This document shows positions 9,131-16,525 of a stretch of DNA of 32,000 nucleotides, one piece after another. Numbering within the stretch: position 1 is the first letter of the stretch; each line of letters opens with the position of its first letter. The notes beneath the pieces are model-generated. The model was not told the origin of the DNA and did not search any database. It saw only the letters and a list, made by a program, of their open reading frames with translations. Source of the DNA: Thermodesulfobacteriota bacterium. Lineage in GTDB: Bacteria > Desulfobacterota > WTBG01 > JAGOGO01. Made by a program: the position numbers and the translations under genes. The stretch spans positions 1,695,622-1,727,621 of the forward strand of contig CP113000.1 in NCBI GenBank assembly GCA_026625185.1, in the 5' to 3' direction.

Positions 9131-9200
9131 TGGTTGCCGATCTTGTGTAAATGATAGATTGCTACGGCTTCGCCTTGCGCCTGTCCGTAAAGCGTAAAAC

Positions 9201-9318
9201 TTAAGGGGACCTCTAAAAATGTCATTCCTGCGGAAGCAGGAATCCAGAACTCATCGAAATTACTGGACTCCTGCCTTCGTGGGAGTGACAAATTGGGAAT
9301 TATTAGAGGTGCCCTTAA
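9201..9318. repeat. MITE-like inverted-repeat element
   Basis: Terminal inverted repeats TTAAGGGGACCTCTAAAAAT (9201-9220) and ATTATTAGAGGTGCCCTTAA (9299-9318) match 18/20. Internal hairpin ATTCCTGC-GGAA-GCAGGAAT (about 9223-9242). It generates the spurious peptide motif IPASAGMT seen in ORF 8923-9291. Confidence 0.55.
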
Positions 9319-9397
9319 AACTTAACACTTAAAACTTAACACTTAAAACTTAAAACTTAAAACTTAAAACTTAAAACTTAAAACTTAAAACTTAAAA
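9314..9397. repeat. Heptanucleotide tandem repeat, 12 copies of CTTAAAA
   Basis: Direct read: CTTAAAA CTTAACA CTTAAAA CTTAACA, then eight perfect CTTAAAA units with no spacers. Confidence 0.95.
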
Positions 9398-9539
9398 CAT
9401 TTTCCCTATCCCGTAATTTGTTATTTATGTGTTTTTTAAGAAATTAATGAATAAAAAAACTGGGGCTTGTGTCCGGATTGTCTAATAAAATTAAAATGAT
9501 GTAAGCCAGTTGCGACTGGGCTTGTCCCGAAAAAAAAGC

Positions 9540-9568
9540 TTGACAATCGGAAAAATTTGCTTTAGGTT
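9540..9568 (+). promoter_or_regulatory. Candidate sigma70-type promoter for the adhesin gene
   Basis: TTGACA (9540-9545), a 17-nt spacer, then TAGGTT (9563-9568). This would give a 5' UTR of roughly 250 nt. The call rests on sequence match only. Confidence 0.3.
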
Positions 9569-9821
9569 AAAACAACAAGCCCGAATAAATAACTAGTTAG
9601 ATTAGAGGAGAAAATCATTACCCTACTTATTTTTTAATCCAGCGCCGGTTTTAAAGGGGGGCTGATTTTAGGAAAAAAGTCAAAATAATCAATCAAAATA
9701 ATTACTAATCAATTAATTTTATATAGGAAAGGAGGGAAAGAAGAAGTTTTGTTGTTGAAAACGTGAATTTTTTGTTTAATATTTAATGTTCAACAAAAAA
9801 GCTAAAGGAGGAAAAACAATC

Positions 9822-12773
9822 ATGAGTAAAAAATCAGGTAAATTTTTATGTTTAGGCCTAGGTATTGTTATGGCCTGTCTCTTGGGGTTTGTTCCCCAAA
9901 ACTGTCAAGCGGCAAACTACTCTTTTGGGCCGTTATCTGGCTTTTCAGTCGGCGGCGATGAAAACCACGCTTTGGGAGTAATGTGTGGCAATTTCATTTA
10001 TGCTTACGAAGATGTGGCCGTGGGAACTCGGTGCGGCAATTACATTGATAACGGCATAGCTTTAGATACAGACGGCAACCCCGTAATATTAGGATATGAT
10101 ATCAATGGCGATCCCATTCTCACGACTGATCCCGCCGAACACAATGTTAGTTCGGGGCTTGAGTCTGGTAATTTCATTACGGGCTCCGACAACGTCGCCT
10201 CAGGCAGCCATTCGGGGAATTTTGTTGATGGCGGCGTAATTTTAGACTCAAACGGCAATGTTGCCTATTTCCCTTATGATAATGATGCCAATGGGCTTCC
10301 TGACGGTTACATCGGCCCAGTCACCCTTCCGGGCAACAACAACGTGGCCTTGGGCGACTATTCCGGCAATTTCGTGTCGGGCAACGAGAACCTCGCCGTC
10401 GGTACCCACAGCGGCAATAGAGTCAATGGCGGCACCGTATTAGACTCAAACGGCAACACGCAATACATCGCGGGAGACGACAACATTGCCGTGGGTAACT
10501 ATTCCGGCAATGACGTCACCGGCAACGGCAACCTGGCTACTGGTACTAACGCCGGGAACTGGGTCCTCGGCGACAACAACATCGCCACTGGTACCGACGC
10601 CGGCTTCGGGACCTGGGGAAACAACAACATCGCCTCCGGTACCAACAGCGGCAATCAGGTCTGGGGCAGCGAGAACATTTCTATGGGTACCAACAGCGGA
10701 TATTGGGCCACGGGCGATGCAAACGTTTCCATTGGTCTTAACAGCGGCATATATACGAACGGATACAATAACGTGGCCATCGGAAATTTGGCTGGTGGCT
10801 ATGCAACTGCAAACGACACAATTTCGATCGGAACAGCCTCCTGGGCAACCGCAAACGGAGCCACTGCTATTGGTTTGAACGCACTGGCCAGCGGAGTCGA
10901 TAGCATCGCGATGGGTACTGGTGCTGTGGCTACCGGGTCAGTCGCCATTGGCGCTGGCGCCAGTGCAGCAAATGGCGGGACCGCCATCGGGGATGCCACC
11001 ACTTCAACCGGGTCTCACTCTGCAGCCCTCGGGCACAATGCTTCCGCAACCGGGACTGACTCGGTAGCGGTTGGCGACGATGCCGCTGCAAGCGCGCTCG
11101 ATTCTATCGCTGTTGGTGACTCTGCTCTGGCAAACGCGCAGGGAGCTGCGGCTGTGGGCGCGGACTCCATTGCGAGCGGGACGAACGCAGCGGCTTTCGG
11201 TAATGAAGCTTGGGCAACCAATACCAGCGCGGTAGCGGTTGGCGACTATTCCACCGCGAGCGGTAATGAAGCGGTAGCAATTGGTTCCGGCGCCGCCGCA
11301 ACCATGGAAGACACGGTAGCGATTGGTGACGATTCAGCAGCCACCGCGGATTATGCCGTAGCTATTGGTGACCTGGCCAATGCGTCTGGTTATGAATCAG
11401 TAGCAGTTGGTTCAGATACAGACGCCACCGCGAACTTTGCGGTAGCGGTTGGTGAAAATGCCCAGGCAACTGCTTTGAGCGCGGTAGCGGTTGGTAATGG
11501 TGCAGACGCGGTTGGTGAAGAAGGAGTAGCAGTTGGTAATAACACTTATGCAGGCGGTTACCATTCTACCGCCACCGGTACTGATGCGTATGCAGGTTAT
11601 GACGGAGCTGCTGCTTATGGCGCCGGAGCTATCGCAGATGGTTACGGAGCGGTAGCGGTTGGTGAAGGCGCCCATGCTACTTATGACGAAGCGGTGGCTG
11701 TTGGTCAGTGGGCCGAAGCCAATAATTATGGTGCGACAGCTGTTGGCAATGACGCCGACGCATTAGGTGAGGACTCGGTTGCAGTTGGTGACGATGCTTA
11801 CGCAAGCGGGCAAGAGTCTATGGCCATGGGTTCAGAGTCCTATGCCTCAGGCGAAGGCGGTACGGCTCTTGGTCAACACAGCTATGCAGGCGGTTATCAC
11901 TCTACTGCCACCGGTATCGATGCGTATGCGGGTCAGGAAGGCGATACTGCTTATGGTGCCGGCGCTATCGCGGATGGTGATGGAGCGGTAGCAGTTGGTG
12001 AAGCCTCCTATGCGACTAATTATGAAGCCGTAGCAATTGGCAGGAACAGCAATGCATCCGGTGACCAATCTACTGCAGTGGGTACCGATACCTATGCAAC
12101 GGAATGGGGTTCTTCTGCTTTCGGCGCAGGAGCCATCGCTGATGCTGAGGGAGCGGTAGCAGTTGGTCAGCACGCCATGGCGATGGGAACCAACTCCACC
12201 GCGGTCGGTCAGGGCGCCTATGCGGGTAATTCGGTCGCAGTCGGCCATGACGCCTATGCCAATAACGGCGGGACGGCTGTTGGTGATTACGCCTACGCGG
12301 GCGGTTACCATTCGGTTGCCCTCGGCCAGGATGCTTTTGTGGCGAACGCGAGCAATTCTGTCGCTCTCGGCGCAGGTTCTATCGTTGACGGACGTGACAA
12401 TACCGTCAGCGTCGGCAATGCCGAGGCCGGATTTTACCGAACCATCAGCAATGTTGCTCCTGGTGTGCTCGATACCGACGCAGTCAATATGGGCCAGTTG
12501 CGCCACAAGATTCATAACCTCGACCGCGATTTATCAGGCGGTATTGCGGCTGCTGCTGCTCAGATGAACGTCATGCCCTATGTACCGGGAGTTTTTGCGG
12601 TGGCTATGAGTGGCGCCAGCTATAATGGTCAGGGAGCCATCGGCGCCACAATTTCCCGGTGGGACTGCAGCGGAAAATGGAATCTCAATGGCGGCGTTTC
12701 CTACGGTTTTAACGACACCCCCATATTCCGTGGTGCTGTGACCTATCTTTTTGGGACACCTCCTGCTAAATAA
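9822..12773 (+). CDS. Trimeric autotransporter adhesin (YadA/Hep_Hag family)
   Basis: ATG at 9822 with a strong SD (AAAGGAGG) and signal peptide (LGLGIVMACLLGFVPQNCQA). N-terminal SGN(F/Y)xxGxxNxAxG repeats are followed by dozens of Ala/Gly-rich head/neck-type repeats (S(V/A)AVGxxAxAxG). C-terminal coiled stalk and YadA-type 4-strand anchor (NMGQLRHKIHNLDRDLSGGIAAAAAQ...GASYNGQGAIGATISR...GGVSYGF...GAVTYLF). Confidence 0.9.
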   Translation: MSKKSGKFLCLGLGIVMACLLGFVPQNCQAANYSFGPLSGFSVGGDENHALGVMCGNFIYAYEDVAVGTRCGNYIDNGIALDTDGNPVILGYDINGDPILTTDPAEHNVSSGLESGNFITGSDNVASGSHSGNFVDGGVILDSNGNVAYFPYDNDANGLPDGYIGPVTLPGNNNVALGDYSGNFVSGNENLAVGTHSGNRVNGGTVLDSNGNTQYIAGDDNIAVGNYSGNDVTGNGNLATGTNAGNWVLGDNNIATGTDAGFGTWGNNNIASGTNSGNQVWGSENISMGTNSGYWATGDANVSIGLNSGIYTNGYNNVAIGNLAGGYATANDTISIGTASWATANGATAIGLNALASGVDSIAMGTGAVATGSVAIGAGASAANGGTAIGDATTSTGSHSAALGHNASATGTDSVAVGDDAAASALDSIAVGDSALANAQGAAAVGADSIASGTNAAAFGNEAWATNTSAVAVGDYSTASGNEAVAIGSGAAATMEDTVAIGDDSAATADYAVAIGDLANASGYESVAVGSDTDATANFAVAVGENAQATALSAVAVGNGADAVGEEGVAVGNNTYAGGYHSTATGTDAYAGYDGAAAYGAGAIADGYGAVAVGEGAHATYDEAVAVGQWAEANNYGATAVGNDADALGEDSVAVGDDAYASGQESMAMGSESYASGEGGTALGQHSYAGGYHSTATGIDAYAGQEGDTAYGAGAIADGDGAVAVGEASYATNYEAVAIGRNSNASGDQSTAVGTDTYATEWGSSAFGAGAIADAEGAVAVGQHAMAMGTNSTAVGQGAYAGNSVAVGHDAYANNGGTAVGDYAYAGGYHSVALGQDAFVANASNSVALGAGSIVDGRDNTVSVGNAEAGFYRTISNVAPGVLDTDAVNMGQLRHKIHNLDRDLSGGIAAAAAQMNVMPYVPGVFAVAMSGASYNGQGAIGATISRWDCSGKWNLNGGVSYGFNDTPIFRGAVTYLFGTPPAK

Positions 12774-12811
12774 TAAATAAGCAGAACCTATCTTTACGTT
12801 AACACTTTTTT

Positions 12812-12851
12812 CACAGGCGGCATTTTTTCAGGTGCCGCCTGTGTTTTTTTT
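12812..12851 (+). terminator. Rho-independent terminator of the adhesin gene
   Basis: Perfect 11-bp GC-rich stem CACAGGCGGCA (12812-12822) / TGCCGCCTGTG (12833-12843), 10-nt loop, then T8 (12844-12851). Confidence 0.85.
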
Positions 12852-12890
12852 CTCCCTGTTCCTCTCACCTTTAACCTCCTTTTTCTTCAT

Positions 12891-13065
12891 CCCCCCCTTT
12901 GGAGTCTGTCTCACAGTCCGCTTATGGTTTCCCTCGACAAGCTCGGAATAAACTCAGCTCACCATGCGCGAACCCTGACACCTTAAAAATCAATTAATTA
13001 GCCGTGCACGCTGAGCCTGTCGAAGGGCGCATAGTAATTAAGACACAGCCTCTTGATAAAGGGGG
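12891..13065. repeat. MITE-like / nested inverted-repeat element
   Basis: Imperfect terminal inverted repeats CCCCCCCTTTGGAGTCTGTCTC (12891-12912) versus AGACACAGCCTCTTGATAAAGGGGG (13041-13065). Inner inverted pair CCCTCGACAAGCTC (12931-12944) / GAGCCTGTCGAAGGG (13013-13027). The motifs resemble the widespread repeats that yield peptides like EPVEG / FDKLR. Confidence 0.45.
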
Positions 13066-13180
13066 ACTCAAATTACTCCTCTTTTCGAAATAGGGGGCAG
13101 GGGGATATTTGATTATTTTGGCGTTACTTTTGATTAAGAAAATTCCATTTGAAATTACGCGGATTCTAAGGTAAGGTGAC

Positions 13181-13222
13181 TATACAGAAAACAGAACTCC
13201 GGAGACAGAAGTCAGAAGTCAA
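13181..13222. repeat. Degenerate 7-nt periodic tract (nnnnCAG x6)
   Basis: TATACAG AAAACAG AACTCCG GAGACAG AAGTCAG AAGTCAA, ending 15 nt before the namZ-like start. Confidence 0.6.
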
Positions 13223-13237
13223 TTTTGGAGGGATAGT

Positions 13238-14410
13238 TTGGCAGCAGTATTTACCGGGTTGGAGATAATCAGCAAACAAAATTTTACACCAATAAAGGGT
13301 CGGAGGGTCGGTCTGGTGGTTAATCCGGCTTCCTCAGATTCACGGTTCAACTCAACGGTTGATATTTTTTTGAATGCTCACGGAGTAAAGGTGGGCGCTC
13401 TCTTCGGGCCTCAGCACGGTATCCGGGGAGAGACTCAGGATAACATGATCGAGTGGGAGGGGTTTCGGGATAAACCAACCGGGCTTCCGGTTTATAGTCT
13501 CTACGGCAAGACTCGGGAACCTTTGCCGGAAATGATGGAGGGGATTGATTGTCTGGTGATTGACCTTCCGGATGTGGGTGCGCGATATTACACTTTTGTC
13601 TGGACTCTCGCGCTCTGCTTGCGCGCCGGTAAAAAGTATGGAAAAACCTGCGTGGTGCTTGACCGGCCCAACCCGATCAACGGTGTGGCGATGGAAGGCC
13701 CGGTGTTGGATACCCGGTTTTCTTCTTTTGTCGGTCTTTATCCGCTTCCCATCCGTCACGGTATGACCATGGGAGAAATAGCGCTCTACCTTAATCGCGA
13801 ATTTAAAATCGGGTGCGACCTGACTGTAGTTCCCCTGGAAGGCTGGCAAAGGGAGATGTGGTTTGATGAGACGTTTCTTCCCTGGGTGATGCCTTCACCT
13901 AACATGCCGACGCTCGCCACTGCAATTGTTTATCCGGGCATGTGCCTTTTGGAAGGAACGAATATTTCCGAGGGGAGAGGTACGACCCGGCCCTTTGAAA
14001 TTTTCGGAAAACCGGGAGCTGATCCTTATGAGATAGTAAAAAGATTGACCCAAGAAGACCTCCCCGGAGTACGGTTTCGGCCTCTTTATTTTCAACCGAC
14101 GTTTCAGAAGTACTACGGAGAACTCTGCGGAGGAGCTCAGGCCCACGTGACTGATCGTAACAGTTTTCTTCCCGTGCTCACGGGAGTGGCCGTGATTAGC
14201 GCTTTCTATCAAATGGCGCCGGAAAGTTTTTCCTGGAAGCAGCCGCCCTACGAGTATGAGGAAGAGAAACTTCCGATTGACGTTCTTGCCGGAACTGATG
14301 AGCTTCGCACGCAAATTGAGCAAGGGTATTCGCTTCAGGGGATTGCTCGAACTTGGAAAAAGAAATTAGACTTATTTGGTGAAGCACGCAAACCGTATCT
14401 GTTGTACTAA
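13238..14410 (+). CDS. namZ: DUF1343-family exo-beta-N-acetylmuramidase (NamZ/YbbC-like)
   Basis: Size and motifs match DUF1343: KGRRVGLVVNPASSDS, FGPQHGIRG, LVIDLPDVGARYYTF, VVLDRPNPI, HGMTMGE, CLLEGTNISEGRGTTRPFE. TTG start at 13238 is preceded by GGAGGG. Confidence 0.75.
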   Translation: MAAVFTGLEIISKQNFTPIKGRRVGLVVNPASSDSRFNSTVDIFLNAHGVKVGALFGPQHGIRGETQDNMIEWEGFRDKPTGLPVYSLYGKTREPLPEMMEGIDCLVIDLPDVGARYYTFVWTLALCLRAGKKYGKTCVVLDRPNPINGVAMEGPVLDTRFSSFVGLYPLPIRHGMTMGEIALYLNREFKIGCDLTVVPLEGWQREMWFDETFLPWVMPSPNMPTLATAIVYPGMCLLEGTNISEGRGTTRPFEIFGKPGADPYEIVKRLTQEDLPGVRFRPLYFQPTFQKYYGELCGGAQAHVTDRNSFLPVLTGVAVISAFYQMAPESFSWKQPPYEYEEEKLPIDVLAGTDELRTQIEQGYSLQGIARTWKKKLDLFGEARKPYLLY

Positions 14411-14449
14411 GAATCCAGGGAGCAAGGGGCGAGGAAGGAGGGACAAAAA

Positions 14450-14547
14450 GTGAAACGTTAATCGTAAGTAGTAAAACGCGAAACGTAAATTGTAAACAGT
14501 AAGCAGTGAATAACACTTCACGCCTCACGCTTTACACTTTACGTTTT
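14450..14547. repeat. Two opposed arrays of degenerate heptads (9 + 5 units)
   Basis: GTGAAAC GTTAATC GTAAGTA GTAAAAC GCGAAAC GTAAATT GTAAACA GTAAGCA GTGAATA, then ACACTTC ACGCCTC ACGCTTT ACACTTT ACGTTTT. The second block is the approximate reverse complement of the first (about 20/28 over the inner four units). The array ends at the SD of the next gene. Confidence 0.8.
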
Positions 14548-14559
14548 CAAGGAGAAAAA

Positions 14560-15507
14560 ATGAAAGCTATTATTCTGGCTGCCGGATTCGGCATTCGGAT
14601 GAAACCGCTCTCTGATCGCTGTCCAAAACCGCTCCTTCCGGTTTTGGGCCGGCCCATTATTGATTATACGATCAGCCGTTTAAAAACGTTCGGGGTAAAG
14701 GCGATCGGGGTTAATATCTGTCATCTGGCGGATAAAATGCAAAAATATCTTGGAAATGGATCCCGGTGGGGTGTTGATATTACTCTTTCTCGAGAACAGG
14801 AGATCTTGGGAACGGGGGGAGGCATGGGGGGTTTTCGGTCGTTCCTTTTGGGAGAAGAAGCTTTTTTAGTGAACAATGGAGATGTTTTATCCACCATTGC
14901 GTTAGATGGCTTAGTTACCGCTCATGCGGAGCATAAACCCATGGTTACCATGGCGCTTTGCGATTACCGGCCGAAGAATAATGTGAGCCTTTCATTGGAT
15001 AATACGATTGTTGATTTTTTAGGAAGGCTGAAAAAATTTAAACCAGGAATAGACCGAAAGCTTACGTTTACTGGGGTAAGTATGGTGAGTGAAGAAGTAC
15101 TCAATATTATACCTCCGGGGATTCCAAGCAATATCATCGACATTTACCTTGAGCTCATTAAACGCAAGCCCGGCAGTATCAATGGTTATGTCGTGTCTGG
15201 AGATGATTGGATGGATATCGGGACCCCGAGCGCTTATCTTGGTGTTCATAAAGATATTCTCCTTGGACAACGGCTGCCGCTGTTTATTGATGAGATGCTT
15301 GACGGCAGTGTCTATAAAGGGGTGGGAACGCGGATTGAACCGGGCGCAAGGTTGGAAGGTTTTGTCTCCTTGGGGAATAATTGCCTGGTGGAACGAGAGG
15401 CATTTTTGAAAAACTGTGTGGTGTGGGATAACACCTTGGTGAAAGCGGGAGCGTCTTTTGACAATGGAGTCATTGATGGTGACTGGCAATATTCTCTCCC
15501 GGTCTGA
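14560..15507 (+). CDS. Sugar-1-phosphate nucleotidyltransferase, MurU-like by context
   Basis: ATG at 14560 with a GGAG SD. N-terminal NTP-transferase motif MKAIILAAGFGIRMKPLSDRCPKPLLPV. The C-terminal third has a hexapeptide-repeat (left-handed beta-helix) character (GARLEGFVSLGNNCLVEREAFLKNCVVWDNTLV). The MurU assignment is inferred from the neighbours. Confidence 0.7.
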   Translation: MKAIILAAGFGIRMKPLSDRCPKPLLPVLGRPIIDYTISRLKTFGVKAIGVNICHLADKMQKYLGNGSRWGVDITLSREQEILGTGGGMGGFRSFLLGEEAFLVNNGDVLSTIALDGLVTAHAEHKPMVTMALCDYRPKNNVSLSLDNTIVDFLGRLKKFKPGIDRKLTFTGVSMVSEEVLNIIPPGIPSNIIDIYLELIKRKPGSINGYVVSGDDWMDIGTPSAYLGVHKDILLGQRLPLFIDEMLDGSVYKGVGTRIEPGARLEGFVSLGNNCLVEREAFLKNCVVWDNTLVKAGASFDNGVIDGDWQYSLPV

Positions 15508-16525
15508 GCAGGATTCGATCATCTCTTTAGTTTTTGATAAAGGTAAAGAGGGCTTTTTGCAAACCGGTACTCAGACCCCGATTACCATCCGCATTATTTC
15601 CGGCGGCGGTTCGGATCGGTGTTTTTATCGGATTGAAAAGGAAGGAAGAAGTATCGTTCTTATGGTTTCTCCTGCGCTTGATGGGGATTTTCAGCATTAT
15701 CTTGATATCGGCAGATTCCTGCGGGCGTTGGGGATCGGCGTTCCGGAATTTTACGAAGCCGACCAAGAAAAAAAAATCCTTTTTTTGGAAGATGTCGGGG
15801 AAGAAAGTCTTTACCTGAAATTTCAACGCGGCATGTCGGAAGAAGAAGTTATTTACTGGTATAAAAAGGTGCTGGGGACATTAGCCCATATGCAAATCGA
15901 AGGAGAAAAGAAATGGAGTAATTGCCCGGCGGTCACGGCACGAACCTTTGATTATACGACCTTGCGTTGGGAAACAACCTATTTTCAAGAAAATTTTCTC
16001 AAAAAATTTTGTGGAATCTCAATTCCGGATCAGTCGGGGCTGTCCCGGGAATTTAAAGCGCTGGCAGAAAAAGTCGCCTCCGAACCCCTTTATTTCATGC
16101 ACCGGGATTTTCAATCTCAAAACATCATGATTCATCACAATGAGGTAAGAATCATTGATTTTCAAGGGGCGCGGAGAGGACTGCTTCAGTATGATGTCGC
16201 GGCAGTCCTAAAAGACCCGTATGTGGTTTTACCGGAAACAGTTCGAAAAAATCTTTTGGAATTTTATCTGGACAAACTTGAAGACCACGGTTTGACGATT
16301 GTTGACCGCGATCACTTTTATGAAATTTTTATTTTGGCGGGTCTTCAGCGGAACATGCAGGCCTTAGGGGCTTTTTCCTTTCTTTCTTTGGTTAAAGGTA
16401 AAGGGTGGTTTAAGCAGTATATCCCTGCGGGAGTTGCTTGCCTTGATCAGGCATTACAGGAAAGAAGTGATTTTCCGGTGTTGCGTGAAATAGTGCGACC
16501 TATCGCCTCAGAATTACGGGGATGA
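15458..16525 (+). CDS. Aminoglycoside-phosphotransferase-fold sugar kinase, AmgK-like by context
   Basis: GGGSDRCFYRI nucleotide-loop-like motif, catalytic loop HRDFQSQNIM and IIDFQGA metal-binding motif. The start is uncertain: ATG at 15458, 15464 or 15476 all overlap the upstream gene end at 15507. Confidence 0.7.
   Translation: MTMESLMVTGNILSRSEQDSIISLVFDKGKEGFLQTGTQTPITIRIISGGGSDRCFYRIEKEGRSIVLMVSPALDGDFQHYLDIGRFLRALGIGVPEFYEADQEKKILFLEDVGEESLYLKFQRGMSEEEVIYWYKKVLGTLAHMQIEGEKKWSNCPAVTARTFDYTTLRWETTYFQENFLKKFCGISIPDQSGLSREFKALAEKVASEPLYFMHRDFQSQNIMIHHNEVRIIDFQGARRGLLQYDVAAVLKDPYVVLPETVRKNLLEFYLDKLEDHGLTIVDRDHFYEIFILAGLQRNMQALGAFSFLSLVKGKGWFKQYIPAGVACLDQALQERSDFPVLREIVRPIASELRG

Noticed and set aside
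8923-9291. 122-aa minus-strand ORF spanning the TPR gene end and the intergenic repeat (contains FWIPASAGMTFLEV).
   Set aside because: The peptide motif is produced by the hairpin of the MITE-like element. The rest is antisense to TPR coding sequence, and there is no SD or start context.
9314-9397. Considered whether the regularly spaced repeats could be a CRISPR array.
   Set aside because: The period is only 7 nt with no unique spacers. It is a simple tandem repeat, and no cas genes are in the window.
10040-12567. Numerous long ORFs on the opposite strand and in alternative frames inside the adhesin gene (for example 11847-12515 minus, 222 aa; 10486-10878 plus; 12163-12567 plus).
   Set aside because: They lie entirely within the strongly supported TAA reading frame and translate to low-complexity Arg/Ser/Thr/Pro-rich sequence. 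GC-rich repetitive Ala/Gly coding DNA is expected to be stop-poor in other frames.
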